A stretch of 60,627 nt of DNA, counting the filler, from Sphacelaria rigidula (Eukaryota): assembly GCA_964200075.2 (NCBI GenBank). It is 7 parts of 7 records of this genome, joined end to end, with 100 filler letters (N's around TTAATTAATTAA, not from the genome) between each part and the next. Parts side by side here need not be neighbours in the genome. Positions count along the whole stretch, not along the records: positions 8,677 to 17,252 come from CAXNAA020010729.1; positions 17,353 to 25,928 come from CAXNAA020010730.1; 5 more parts are not named here. The stretch is one strand, 5' to 3'. The position numbers and the translations under genes are program-made. Positions 12,186-26,028 of the stretch are shown one piece after another. A model generated the notes under the pieces. The model was not told where the DNA came from. It saw nothing but the letters and a program-made list of their open reading frames with translations, and did not search any database. How positions within the stretch are numbered: the first letter of the stretch is position 1; every line of letters starts with the position of its first letter.

Positions 12186-14014
12186 TGAGTGCTGATGACA
12201 AGCCTTTGTGCGTTGGTTTTGTGGCGGGAGTGTGGGGGTGAGGGGGAATTGAAGATACTAAATATTTGAGTTATACATTTTGTGTTTTGCGGCCGTTTCG
12301 CCGGGCGGGGGATCGATCAGAGTTGACCAAGAGTATGTTTTTAGCTGGTTCACTTGACTGGTTTTGGCTTCTTTTTTGTCCGTTTACTCCTTTGCTACCC
12401 TCAAGTGGCCCGCATCTCAGGCTCTAAATTACTACTTTCTTGTATGAAAAATCGCTCTTCAGATTTTGTGCATGGCAGCATGCTCTCACTTCACTTACAC
12501 CTTGAGGGATTTGCGATGGAATTGAAGCAGTGTGGCCGCCCGCTCGCTATCACTCGGACGGGACTGTGTAGCTGTGGTATCTCATGAGAACGTTATTTTG
12601 CAGGGTGTAGTAGGCTGGTTGCGGTCGTGGGCTCGTGTTGAGTACGCACCCGGTAATGCGTGATGGATGCGAGCGATATGTAATGCAATCGAAAGAGGAA
12701 TATACGCTGTAATGTGTTCGGCGGGGTGGAGGGAGGGGGTGATGGGGGGTTTTCTTGCCACCTGGTGGGCCACGCACATCTGACGGTGCTTTCTGGTGTC
12801 CACTCGAAAAACTCGCTTTACGCGTATTGATTTCACGCTCGCGGTGATCAGTGCCGAAGTGACTCTGGGGGTTGGCTGGCTTGCGCACGATGGAAGGGGT
12901 ACAGTATTGCGGGCGTATTGCGTACGGTGTAGTTTCGCCGACGTTTTGAGGTTGCCAGCATCACTGTCGATTGGTCGACCCTAACATCACTGCGGTGTCG
13001 GTGTTTGGAGCGAAACAGGGCTGTGGTCTGCGCCGAGTTTTGCGGTGAGTTTTCTCTACTGTGGCTGATCCCGTGGTTGCTGCACTTTCCACGTACCCCC
13101 CCCCCCCCCCCCCCCCATCGTTAGCGGTGTTGTTCCGCGAGAGGTTGTTGCCCTTTGTTTGGGGCCTCCCCCCCCCCCTCTCCCGATGAGCTGGACAGAT
13201 ACTTGTGAGGGAGACGTGAGATGAGGTATGACGTGTGTTGTTCGGGGGAAAGGGGGAGAGGTGGTGATTTCCTGCAGGCAGTAATATCAGCTCTGGTAAG
13301 TTTGCATATTTTGTCGAGCTAATAACATCTAAATTGTGTGATGTAGGAAAACGTGCGGCCTAATCTCTCGCCCCACTCATGGGAGGATAAATGGTACACT
13401 CACACATGGAAGACAGTTGGGAAAATGGTTGGGTGTACGCTGTAGGTGGGTTCAATGTGAAACATGTGCCAATATTGATTAAGTGTCTTGGGTGTTTCGT
13501 TCGTAATGTGGATGTTGTGTGCCGTAATTTTACGGTTCATTTTTCCGTCTCTCGCTCTTCACATTGTTGACGTCTGTTTCGTGGTGTTTCTTTTTTCACG
13601 CGTGTAAGGATGCACATTACGCAGTATATCCGGGGGGGGAAGCGTGGTTTACCGATTTCGTCGGATACCTGGTGTGCGTCGTGGGGGGGGTTTGCTGCTG
13701 CTTTTTGTGTGGCTTCCTTGTCTTTCCTTCGGTCAGTTGTTGTCGCACACGCTTGTGCGTAGCAGTCGATCGGATCATCCTCCCGTGGTGTAGAGGGAAG
13801 TAAAAAAAAAAAAGACGTAGTTTTGACGCCGTCTCCTGTCCGATTGCTCCCCTGGCGTACGTACTGTTTTGGTACGTTCGCAGAAAGTGGGTTGTGGCTG
13901 AAACATTAGAGGAACCAACACACTTGCGTATTCATTCAAGACGAAGAGACGGAAAATTGAAGATGATTTTGAAACGCGGATATTGCGTTTTCTCATTTCT
14001 CCGTTTCCATCTCG

Positions 14015-14175
14015 GCCGGTCACCCAAGTGGCTCAGTTGGTATCCTCGAATCTTTTTGACGGTTCGGCCATGGGTTCGAATCTCGGTGAAGTCACCCGAT
14101 CTTTGATTTTTTCCCTTCCACAACGCCCCACAGTGGAGAGTGACTACGACGTGGGTATGCAAAAATCGACTTCAC
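14015..14175 (+). mobile_element. tRNA-derived SINE-like element
   Basis: A box TGGCTCAGTTGG and B box GGTTCGAATC. The body is shared with 42779-42927 (cagtgga...gactacg.cgtgggta...aaaat..gact). Confidence 0.65.
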
Positions 14176-14508
14176 GGTCGACGAGGGAAGAGGCACTGTT
14201 CCCCCCTCTCGCGATTAAAAAGAAGGCAAGCACCTCACAAGGAAGGTGGAGTACTAAGGAGGAAAAAAATCCTGTGTGACGTTGACGTGCCCGCATATAC
14301 CCGAACGGTGTAGACATGAGAATGGATGGGATAACAACGCAACACAGCACATTCTGCGTGAATAACCTTCGACTGCCGACCGGAAAAACTTCCATTGTCC
14401 TCCCCGCGTTTTTTCTCTTGTCTCGAACGAGTCACGTTTTGATCTTTGTTGTATCACTCGTCGGGTTCCGCTCGTGGTGCATGGTGCCATGTGCGCGTTC
14501 ACTTCCTA

Positions 14509-14509
<1 letters not shown>

Positions 14510-14549
<40 letters not shown>
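14510..14549. repeat. (TGC)n microsatellite
   Basis: About 13 perfect units. Confidence 0.95.
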
Positions 14550-14550
<1 letters not shown>

Positions 14551-15497
14551 AACTGGTAGATTCAGTCGGTTTGACTCTAGTCCCCTGCGGTCGCAACATG
14601 TCCGGGTGGGTTTCATCATGACACAGCCGACGGCGTGTACTTGCAGAAATTGCTGAGGTTCACAGGCCCGCAGAGGATCCATTGAATCGCACGGAGCTAT
14701 CCCAACCATTTGACGCTCAAAGGTAGCATTAGTGTTCCCCACTTGTTCGGTAAAAACCTTCCCGGATTTCTTTATTTGATTTGAGTGTACACACCGATAT
14801 TCGGACCATGAGTGGGACTGACAGCCCAACTGCTCCCAGCGTGCGCAGGACGTGTTTCAGTCTGCCAACGCCACAGCACGAAGCGCTCGTTACACGTGAA
14901 GGCTATTCCTAACTTCCCACAAACCGAACAGGTCATGAGCTACAATACCTGAAATAACTAATCGAAGCGGACGTTGAGATCCGTGATATCCACGAACACA
15001 TTCACGTGACAACGGGGTCCGAGTAGTCGAGAAATCAAAGCAGTACCCTTGCGCTGCTTACTCCGCGTGCTCGGCGTCCAGGACTGTAGGGAGCAAATAT
15101 GGATGAAAAAAAGGGTCAAGTCAGAGAGCTCATGATCTGGATCAGCGCACTGATGAGAAGTAGAAATTAGGTAGCACATGAGCTGCCTGCCGTGTGCAAC
15201 TTCATTAGTGGTCAGGGGACAGCCTCATTGCATCGCAAATATTACGCGAAATAGCGCTAGCACTCCTGCTGCACTTCAACATCATCGAACGTGCGCTATC
15301 GTTTCGATAAAGGTGCGCTAAGTTTTTTTTCACTCATTAGCTGTGTCTCCTGGTACCTCTTCAAAATAATCCAAGTCACGGTGTTCCTAGCGTCAAATTC
15401 GCCGTTTCTGTTTTATTTAGGTATTCCAAGTTCTGTTCGTCCTCAAATGCCCCCGCACCCCTCCCCTCCCTCTGACTCCCCTCGAGCAGGAGACGGT

Positions 15498-15641
15498 CAC
15501 AGACGCCGAAGCAGGAAGGGGATAAGATATGAAAATGTTGCTTGTGTAATATATCGAAGAAACGCAGTGCGCGCCCGAATGTTGGAGGTGTCTCAATTGG
15601 GAGTAAGCACGGTGCTCCGTCTCAAAAGGGATGCGTGGTCA
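15498..15641 (+). mobile_element. Degenerate LINE ORF2 3' fragment
   Basis: QTPKQEGDK...ARPNVGGVSIGSKHGAPSQKGCVV, homologous to 31239-31402. Confidence 0.75.
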
Positions 15642-17252
15642 GAGTAATAATGCCACGGCAGGGGTGCACATATTACTTCTGCAGTTAAAAATGTTGGGAG
15701 CCCTTTTATCCAATCCGAAATAAGACTTATGAATAAGTGAGAGTACGCCAGGGTTCCCATTCTGATGCGCTAGGGATATGCCGAATGAATGCGCTGACGG
15801 GGATGCCCTAACCCACATTCTTGTCCACCCGGAATCGTTAGGAAGGAGCCCCTGAACCAGGCAATGTTTTGCGCAAAAAATGCACAGCCCTACCCTATAG
15901 TAGCATTGCGCTCGTCAATGGTGAAGCAGCTACTCGAAAGGCAGTCAAAAATAGAGTACCCTCCCCCCCCCCCCACCCCAAGCTGTGAGAGCTCGGTATG
16001 TACGTCTTCTTCGCCCTCTCGGCCGCTTTCGGGTCCTATGGCGCAAGGGTTTGCCGTTTATTTCGCCTGCATCACAGATCTGCGCGTGCGTGTGGAACCC
16101 TCCGATTTCACTATTTTCTCCCATAATTCATTTCTTCTTCCCCGAATTGGGAAAACACTACGACAACACTCCATCCATTGACATTTTATTTTGCGCACAG
16201 CCTACACGTTGATTATGGAGCGGTTCTACGGCAGGGGTGCACATTTGTTTCTGGAGATCTGCACTTCGGGAACCTCTCGATGATCAGCGTGTAGGCCTTA
16301 CAGTTTACAGTGCAGGTACACGAAAAAATGGATTTACCACGAGGTGCATCCCCACCGGAGAATCACTCCTTGAACAAACTATCCTGAGAAACGGCCACGA
16401 GACTCATCGATGGGGACGAACTGAGGTCAAAATTGTGTATGATATTGAACCTAATACCCGTCGAAGATTGCCGTCAAGGCACGTTTGACGGGTACTGGGT
16501 GAAAACCCACGAGGTTCGACATCTATTCGTTTCCAGTGGAAAGTTCTGTTCCCTTTTTCTCAGGATCGCCTGTTTTTTTTATCAGCGTGACCGGCGTGTG
16601 CATTTCTTACTTCTGACGTAGGTCGGTGGAATGGATGTTGCCGGCTTCTCTTGTGCAGGAATGGCGGACACACTTCCCTCTTCCGGCAGGATGCGACCAA
16701 CGTCCTTCGCCACCAGCCACCCCTAGACACCATACCTTCTGGTCTGCCCCCGACCACTGTGCTGCCACGGCCACCTATTTTTATTGCTGGGAACATTTTG
16801 GTACCAAACCATTCCCCCTTTTTGTTGTTACTGTGAGCTGCAAAAGCATGGTTTCGAATCCTTGCCCCTTGTAGTTATGTATCCTTGATTGTTATGAGAA
16901 TTGTCAGGGGACTTGGGGAGGGAAAGGTAAAAACCCTCCCCCCAACGGCCATGTCACGGGTGCTTTCTCCCGTCGTCATATAAACAACGGCACCGGACGG
17001 GTACATCTCAGCCTCGCCAAAAGAGAAAATGGGAGGGAACGGGACCAACTCCTCGTCGCCAGCACAACGGCGCGACAGGGGGATTGTTTTCTTGGTGAGG
17101 GGTCCTTCATGCTGGCCATAGTTGTGTGACCATCGACCTCGCATCACAGGGTGTCGGGGGGGGGGGGGGGGGGGTGCTTCTTGTCCTGCCTCGCCCGCGC
17201 CGTGGGTACCACACACCCCTTCCCCCTTGGGGCCTGGCGGGCGGGGGGGGGG

Positions 17253-17352
17253 NNNNNNNNNNNNNNNNNNNNNNNNNNNNNNNNNNNNNNNNNNNNTTAA
17301 TTAATTAANNNNNNNNNNNNNNNNNNNNNNNNNNNNNNNNNNNNNNNNNNNN
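17253..17352. other. Artificial scaffold linker
   Basis: 44N-TTAATTAATTAA-44N. Confidence 0.98.
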
Positions 17353-19579
17353 GGAGCGGCGGTAGCCACGGGACAACCACCAACAGAAGATACTGTGCCA
17401 GAACAGAGCGAAGGCGGAGAAGAAGAGGAAGAGGAGGAAGAGGAAGACGACGAAGGAGTGGAAGACGGGGAGGACGACGACGGCGATGAGAAGGAGGACG
17501 ACGTTGACGACGATGACGACGAGGACGACAACGAGAGAAGGGAGAAGCAGGTGCAAGCAGTGGAGGAAGAAGTGGTCGGGGAAGAAGCTGTGGGAGAGGA
17601 AGCGATGGAGAAGGAAGAAGAGGAGGACGAGGGCGAGGAGGAGAACGAAGAGGAGGACGACACCGAAGGAATGAACGAAAATGATAGCCGAGATCAAGAT
17701 GAGGACGATTCGGATGGGCCTGATCCTGGAACGGCGGTAGCCACGGGACAACCACCAACAGAAGATACTGTGCCAGAACAGAGCGAAGGCGGAGAAGAAG
17801 AGGAAGAGGAGGAAGAGGAGGAAGAGGAAGACGGCGTGGAAGAGGAAGACGCGGGGGACGACGAAAACGAGAAGGACGAGGGCGATGACGAGGAGGAGGA
17901 GGAGGAGGCGAAGAAGGAGAAGCAGGTGCAAGCAGTGGAGGAGGAAGCGGTGAACAATGAAGCGATGGAAAAGGAGGAAAAGGAAGAGACAGAGGAGGAG
18001 GACGACGAGGAGGAGGAGGAAGAGGAAGACGGCGGTACGAAAGGAATTAGGGAGAATAATAGCAGAGATCAAGATGAGGACGATTCAGATGGGTCTGGCC
18101 CTGGAGAGGCGGTAGCCACGGGACAACAATCGACGCAGGCACCAAACAGCAGGGTCTCCCACCGGGAATCTTATGGTGGTGAGCAGGAGGAAGATAATGA
18201 AGACGAAGGAGAAGAAGAGGACGACAAAGATGAAGGGGATGAGGCGAGTGAATATGCCAACGCAGATCGAGATGGGGCAGACGAATCTAAATCCACCGAG
18301 GGTGATAACGCTAATGATAATTCTGATTCTGATGAGGTGCCATCGTTGACGTCAGCGGTGACGGTGGCGGTCCCCCGAGAGCACGAAGACTCGACGGAGG
18401 TGATGACCGCGACCGATGTGGCCACCGCCAAGGGGGGTTCCCTAGATAGTCTTGAAAATCGTGAAGATAATAAAATTGTCAAGGAGTATGACAGGTGCGG
18501 CATACGGGGTGGTGGAGAAGCAGAAGGGGCAGCAGATCAATCTGTAACAAGTTTGACGTCGGACGACATGTCCGCAGGTCTAAAAGACGTCGGCGATATA
18601 AGCGAAGCAGGTGAAAGAAGTCAGGGTGAGGACGAGAGAGTAGATATCGGTCTTGATGAGGGTGAGCAACGAGTCCAAGATGAAGAAGACAGCGGTGTGT
18701 GTGAAAGTGATGAGAGGGGCGGCGGTGGCGATGAGCACGACCTGGGTGAGGGAGGTAGGAGAGCGGAGAGAGGGACCGGACAGCTAGAAGACGAACAAGA
18801 GTGTGACGGCGAACAAGACGACAGTGCCGCACAGCCAGAGGATCTTGGTATGCAACAAGAAGGTGATGGCAGACAGCCCGGACTCGTTGATGAAGAACAA
18901 GATCGAGAAGACGACAAAGAAGAGGGACAAGAAGACGATGTCGAAGAAGGGAATCAAGAGGACATCGATGACGTTTCCGATGCTTCAGCTACCGGTGGTT
19001 CGATCGCCGATGAACACACGTATTCTTCAGGGTTGACCGGAATCGCCAACGATGTTGCGCCGGCGCCGACAGTGGAAGAGGAGGAGGGGGGGGAGGAAGA
19101 GGAGGAGGAGGAGGAAGAGGAGAACGATACAAAGGGGAAGAATGAACACAAAGACCACAGCTTGAATCGCGGGCAAAACGGCAGCGTCGCTGGCAATGAG
19201 CACAGCCGCCCAACGACTGCCATAAGGATCAAGGCTTCGCGTGGCGGGTTTTCCAGTACCAGCGCACCTGGGCCTTCGACACGGCAATTGTTGGCAGAAG
19301 AACCTACTGGGAGAAATATTTCCGTTTCGTCGACTAGCACGACTCCGCTGGGTGCGATTATAGATGCTGCCACCATGCACACGCAAGGAAAACATCTAGG
19401 AAATGTATCGTCGCCGTCATCAGAGGGGCATCAGGAAAGTGCTAAGGCCGGACGCGTAGGCTCCCAACGGATGACTCTAGCCGAAGGGACGAGTGGTGTA
19501 GACCAGTCTGATATCGATGCTGACGTTGAAATCAATGATGCCGTCGATACAGTCTCGGTGTCGGCACCTGAAGCTGAAG
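17353..19579 (+). CDS. Giant exon (5' end beyond the scaffold edge) of an acidic E/D-rich repeat protein of unknown function
   Basis: Frame open from the scaffold edge for >2.2 kb. Donor GAAG|gtaagg (phase 1) matches the acceptor at 20677. Confidence 0.75.
17359..18130 (+). repeat. 375-bp (125-aa) coding tandem repeat, >=2 units
   Basis: gcggtagccacgggacaac starts at 17359, 17734 and 18109, an exact 375-bp period. Confidence 0.9.
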
Positions 19580-20319
19580 GTAAGGACCAAATCAAATCGT
19601 AAGCGTGTTGCAAGAAGGAAAGGCTGTCCAATGATGATTGCATTGTCGATGATACTACTTCTGAAACTCGCCGGTATCTCTTGCCCCAGATTCTTTGGCG
19701 AAAGAAGTCAACTCTGTTTTGTATGATTCGTATGTTTAGAGCATCTTAGCAGGAGGGACAGTACGAATATGAAGAAAACTACACGCAAACTGCCGGATGA
19801 AATATGTGTCCCGCATCTTCACTCTGACGCACGGAAAATGGCACACCCGGAAGTATCTGCCAGTGTGATATTTACTAGCTGGTCAGCAGTAAAAAAATGT
19901 GTTGTCAAAATCTCCTTTGTTGTCCAAATCTAGCGTGAATGGCAACGTATACAGAAACAAGATAAAACGTCCATGGCTTTTTTTCACAAGATACAACCTC
20001 TACTATGTAAATAATCAGAGGAGTACTAAGAAGGAACAGTAGCATTACTCCAAGAAGGACTGAGTTGATTGTATGCGTGCATAGCACATACACGGCAAAC
20101 GTGGTTTTACTTGTGCAAAATATTTCTCTTGTAATCGGCACATTTGCACAAGACCGGGTCATCTTATGTAAACTGTGGAAGCTTGTGTACTCCTTGTGTT
20201 TTCCCACGTGAATCTCTAAATAAATCAATTGTGCTAGCCTGCTTTTCTTCACTGATTCGAAATTTCATTCGTGCCTTTTCACGTGTTCGCGTTCCTGAGG
20301 CAGTTCAAAGATGTTCATC

Positions 20320-20502
20320 CGGGATTTTCACTCTTGCCGTCCGGTTCAAAGATGGTCACTTGAGATTTTCACTCTCGTCGTCCGGCGCAGAGATGGTGAT
20401 GTGAGACTTGTGCCTGGTTCATAGATCGTCGTGTGATTTTCACTCTTGCTTTCTGGCTCGAAGATTATCATATGATACTTGTGCCCGGTTCATAGATTGT
20501 CA
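20320..20502. repeat. Degenerate ~35-40-bp intronic minisatellite
   Basis: Recurrent gattttcactct..g...tc(c/t)gg.tc.aagat and acttgtgcc.ggttcatagat units. Confidence 0.6.
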
Positions 20503-20676
20503 AGTGAGAGCTTACCCTGCACGTGAAAAACCTTGATACTTCCCAAAGGTAGCCCGAACACGTCTCTCACAAGGGATTTCCTATCCCTTCGGTAGAGTGA
20601 TTTCATTTCACACGATAAGTTTGATTTAGGAAACGTCTCACCCCGATCACCCCTGTTCGCGTACAATGAGTCGCAG

Positions 20677-23600
20677 GTCTTGTCGTGAGGAGCTGTTCCA
20701 GAGAGCCGATTGCCACTGTCAACGACGTTGATGTCATCTTGTCCGGAGAGAAGGCTGATGGACAGCTCGAGAAAATAAAGCTGCCCGATGGGAATACGGT
20801 TGATGAGAGTATTGCAAGTGACGCAATTGAAGCCAGCGAAACAAGCGAAGAAAACGAAAAAGACGGGAAACCAGGCATCGATTTTGGTGAGACTGGGAGA
20901 CGAGTCCAGGATGGTGCGAGTGAACATGTATCCGAGGATGATGGAGGACATGGGGATGGCGATGAGGACGATATTGAGGAACAGAGGGAAAATGAGGGCA
21001 GAGAGACCGGGAAAATTACATATGGCAGTGAGGAAGAAGATCGAGATGATGGCGCAGAACAACAAAGAGGAGACGGCACTGGAGGAGGGGGCGATGAGAG
21101 CATCGACGGAGCTCCCGATCTTCCGGCTACAAAGGGTTTCAGAGCCAGCAAACCAGCGAAGTCTTCAGGTTTACTTGTAAACATAGATGATGCTGCCGTC
21201 ACAGTGGCAGCCACAGCGGAGGCGGCGGCGGAGGAGAAGAATGGCGGGAATGGAGAAAGTGAGCATGAAGACCACGAATTGGATCAGAGAGAAGACGACA
21301 ACGTCGTCGGCAATGGTGGCAGCTTTCCGACGACCGCTGTACAGACTGTAGTTTCATCAAGTGGCTCTACCACCAGCGTGGCTGGCCCCGAAACACTGTT
21401 AATGTCAGCAGCAGAACCCGCCGAGACGGGCGTAGTCAATGTTGGAGACAACGGGGTCGAGAACACCGTCGACGTTGAGGAGTCCGACGAGGAAACACCG
21501 CTTGTTGGAGCACCCCACACGCCTCGATCCGACAGGTCTTTGTCTATCAGTGGTATATCAGAGCGCCCGACGCTGAAGGCTACGCGCGAGAGCGATGAGA
21601 ACGAGGAACAACAGCTCGCCGCGCCGCCGCTAAAACGTGCCGAGTCAGGTCGCGCTATCGCAGCAGACAATGTCGTGAATGACGAGCACGAGACTCCCGC
21701 CGATATTGAGAAGTCCAAGGAGGAAGTCGGGGCACCCGGTACGCCTCGACTCGACGACTCGCCGTCCACCAATGATACACCAGAGATCCGGGCGCTGAAG
21801 AAAACGGGCGACGGAGGCGATGGTGAGAAACGACAGCTCGCCGCGCCCACGCCAGAACCAGCCGAACCGAGCAGCACTCTCTCAATAGGCAATGTCGCAG
21901 ACAACGTGGGCGAGACACCTGGTGAGACTGGCAGCGCCATCGCAGCATGCAATATCACAGACAACGAGGGCCAGGCGCCTGCGGGCGTTGAAGAGTCCGA
22001 GGAGGAACCAGCTCATGTCAAGTCGCTCAATACGCGTCAGCTGAATGGCGTTTTCGCCGCCGATGGTACACCAGAGAGGTCATTCAAAGAGGACACCAGC
22101 GACAGGGGTGAAGGCCAGGAACGACAACTCGCTGGTCCGCCACTCGGACAAGCTGAGCCGAGCAGAGCTATTGTAACACTCAATGTTGCACATGATGCGG
22201 GCGATACAACTGTCGATATTGAGGAGTCCGGGAAGGTAACAGTGCCGGTCGAAGCGTCGAACACAGACCAGTTGGATAACGTTTGTTCTACCGATGATAC
22301 AACGGAGAGCACGGCATCGGAGGAAAAAAGCGAGGGGTCTGAGAACAAGGAAGGAAAGTTCACCGCGACGCCGCTAGAACAATCCAAGCCGTGCAGAGCT
22401 ATCGCAGTAGGCAATGCCGTAGACAACGCCGGCCAGATGCCCGCCGACATTGAGGATTCCAAGGAGGAACCACTTCCAGCCGAGTCGCTCAACACGCGTC
22501 AGCTGGACGAGGTTTTGGCCGCCGATGGTACACCAGAGAGATCAAGGGAGGAAAAGACGGGCGACAGGGATGAAGGCACGGAACGGCAGCTCGCCGATCC
22601 TCTGCTCGCACCAGCTGAGCCAGGCAGCGTCGTCGTAGCAGGTAGTGTCGTAGATATCATAAACGAGACAGCTGCCGGCGTTGATGAGTTCGAGAGAGAA
22701 ACAGCGCCGGTCGGGTCGCGTCACACTTGTCAGCTGGATGGCGTTTCATCCACCGATGCAGCAAGGGGGTCGTCGTCAGAGGAAACGGGCGAGAGGGATG
22801 AGAGTGAGGAACGACAACTCGTCGGTCCGCCGCTCGCACCAGCCGAGCCGTGCAGCGCCATCGCAGCAGTCAATGTCGCAGATGACAAGGGCGAGACACC
22901 TGTCAATGTTGAGGAGTCCGAGGAGGAAATAGCGCCGGTCGAGCCGTTCAACATTTGTCCGCTGGATAACGTTTCATCCGCCGATGATACACTCGAGAGC
23001 CCGGCGCGGAAGACAACGGGAGAGGGCGGCGAAGGTGAGGAACGACAGCTCGCCGAAACGCCGCTAAAAGCAGCCGAGCCGGGCAGTGCTATCACAGCAG
23101 TCAATGTCGAAGATGACGACTGCGAGAGGCCCGCCGATGTCAAGGAGCCCAAGGAGGAACCAGCATCTATTGAGGCGCCCGACACGCCTCGACTAGAAGA
23201 CACTTTGTCCACCAATGGTGCACCAAACAGTCCAGCGCTGAGGAAAACTAGCGGGAGTTGCAGGGGCGAGGAACCACAACTCGCCGCGCCGCCACCAGAA
23301 CCAGCCGGGTCGAGCAGTACGATCGCAGCAGAAAATGTCGCACTCAACTTTGGCCGGACCCCCGCCGACGTTGAGAACTCCGTGGAGAAACCAGCTCCCG
23401 TCGAATCGATCTATACGCGCTCGTCGGATGGCGTTTTTTCCGCCCATCATACACCAGAGAAGTCACCGGAGGAGGAAACGCGCGAGAGGGATGGAGGCAA
23501 GGAACAGCAGCTCACCGCGCCACCACTTGGACCAGCTGAGCCGGGCAGTGCAATCGCAGCAGGCAGTATTGCAGATGACGAATGGGAGACGCCTGTCGAT

Positions 23601-25083
23601 GTTGAGGAGTCGGAGGAGGAAACAGCGCCGGTTGCACAGTTCGACATTTGCCAGCTGGATAACGCCGCCGATGATACGCCTGAGAGCCCAGCGCTGACAA
23701 CGGGCGAGGACAGTGAGGAGGAGGTGCGACAGCTCGCCGCGCCGCCGCTAGAACCAGCCGAGCCGGGCAGCACTATCGCAGTAGACGGTACCGCAGATGA
23801 CGTGGGTCGGACGCGCACTGACGTGGAGGAGTCCGAGGAGGAGCCATCTCCTGCCGAGTCGCTCAATACGCGTCAGTTGGATGGCATCTTGCACGCCCGT
23901 AATATATCCGAGAAATCGTCGGAGGAGGAAACGGGTGAGAGGGACGAAGGCGCGGAACGGCAGCTCGCCGGTCCTCTGCTCGTACCAACTGGGCCAGGCA
24001 GCACCATCTCAGCAATCAATGTTGAAATCAGCGCGAAAGAGCCACCTACCGATGTTGAGGAGTCTAAGGAGGAAACAGCGCCGGTCGAGTCGCGTCATAC
24101 TTGTCAGCTGGATGGCGTTTCGTCCGCTGACAACACACCGGGAAGACTAGTGTCGGAGTACAAGGAGGAAAGAGCTCCCGGGGAGTCTCTCAACATGTCC
24201 CCATTGGATGGTACACCAGGGAGCTCAGCGCCGAATGAAACGGAGGAGAGGTTCGGGGTCGAGGTTCAAGGTCCTTCCGCGCCGCCGCTCGAACCAGATG
24301 AGCCAGGCAGCGCCATCGCCGCAGTTGATGTCACAGATGGCGTGGACGGGACGTCCGCCAAGGTTGAGGAGTACAAGGAGGAAGCAGCAACTGTCGAGGC
24401 ACCCGACACGCCTGAGCTCGACGACCCGTTTTCCATCGATAACAACTCAGACAATCCGATTCTGGGGAACACGAAGCAGGGGGGCGAGAGCGAAGGGCGG
24501 GAGCCCGGTACGTCATTGCTGCAACCAGTCGAGAGCAGCGGTATCGTCAAAGTCACAGACGACGTGGATGAGACGCTCGGCGAAGGAGAGGAAAGGAAGG
24601 TTGCGAGAATAACGCCATCCGAGATGCTTGACACGTCCCAGATGGATGACGTTCCGTGTACCAATAGTACACCTGAAAAACTGCCGCTGAAGGAACCGAT
24701 GGAGAAGGCTAAGGATGACCAAGGAGATCCTGCCGTGCAACTTCCCGAGTCTGCCAAGTCAGACAGCGCGACCGCTGCAGGCGATGACGCAGGCGATGTA
24801 AGCGAAACGCCCGTCGAGGTGGACGAGTTGAAAAAGGAAATGGCTCCTGTCGAAGTCGACATACCTCTACTCGATGACTCTTCGCCCACGGATGGTACAT
24901 CAGAGCGCCCGGCGCTGGAGTACACGGAGCAGGGCGATGGCGACAGGAGGGTGAGGACCGACAACGTCGTCCCCCCAGAGGATGATGTTGTGGACGAGAC
25001 GCTCGCTGAGGTGAAGGAGTCCAAGGACACGACAACAAGAACACCTGTGGAATCATCCCACACTCCCCAGCTTGATTGGCGAG
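20677..25083 (+). CDS. 4.4-kb internal exon of the same acidic repeat protein
   Basis: tcgcag|GT CTT...TGG CGA G|gtatgt. About 1469 codons open, phase-1 boundaries at both ends. Confidence 0.8.
21400..25050 (+). repeat. ~231-bp (~77-aa) diverged coding tandem repeat, ~13-15 units
   Basis: The motif ERQLAxPPLxPAEPGSAIAAxNVxD...TPxDVEESEEExAPVESxNTxQLDxVxSAD recurs, with QLA cores near 21612, 21834, 22125, 22587, 22815, 23046, 23277, 23508, 23730 and 23961. Confidence 0.9.
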
Positions 25084-25817
25084 GTATGTGTTGCCGTGAG
25101 CACAGCATTTGGTAGTCAGCTCCAAGAGCCAGGCATGAGTACGGTAGTCGCACGTCATTCAATAGTCCACTACAAGTACGTGTTCTTGTAGTTGCACTGT
25201 ACTTTACCAACCGCCAGCCCACAGTACCCTACAGACCAGTGTTACTTATGCATAATCTGTTGGCCGCGGTCTCCTATATCGACACACGGGGCCATACCCT
25301 TTATGTACCCGGGGACATTGAAAAATGTGTACTGCACCATCCCCGGAAGGTTAAGCACTTGTATTGCGCCGCGCGAAGGCACTCTAAAATGTAAATCACA
25401 TACAACATAGTCGGTGTTCGAGTATATGTTCATGTATAACACGAACGATGAACCAAGAATGCATGATCAGTGTTTGTCGACGGGAAGTCGTCGAAGTTGA
25501 TAAGCACGAAGTAGAAAGTATGGTGTAACGCGCTGTCACCGTGCTACTTGTAGTGCGGTAAAAGTTTGAATACACCTGCAAACGGGCGCATCCTGAATTT
25601 TCCGGAACTGCATAACCAGACCTGAAATATGTTTCTTTTCACGGCCTTGAATCCCTTCCACGTTTTTTCCATAGTCTGACTGCCGTACTCGAAGGAGGGT
25701 ACATACCCTCGTGAAAAAAATCATTAGTTCATCATGCAAGGGCACACAAGTGCTCCGTTTTCGTGCCCGCTGATGCTAACATTATTGTTGTTCTTGTTAT
25801 TGTTATTGTGATCAAAT

Positions 25818-25859
25818 TATCATCATCATCATCATTCATTATTATTATTATTATTATTA

Positions 25860-25928
<69 letters not shown>
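25818..25928. repeat. (ATC)n/(ATT)n microsatellite at scaffold end
   Basis: Direct reading; it runs into the gap. Confidence 0.95.
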
Positions 25929-26028
25929 NNNNNNNNNNNNNNNNNNNNNNNNNNNNNNNNNNNNNNNNNNNNTTAATTAATTAANNNNNNNNNNNNNNNN
26001 NNNNNNNNNNNNNNNNNNNNNNNNNNNN
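25929..26028. other. Artificial scaffold linker
   Basis: 44N-TTAATTAATTAA-44N. Confidence 0.98.

Noticed and set aside
17297-25222. Many long minus-strand ORFs rich in S/L/P
   Set aside because: They are antisense shadows of the GAG/GAC-rich plus-strand exons.
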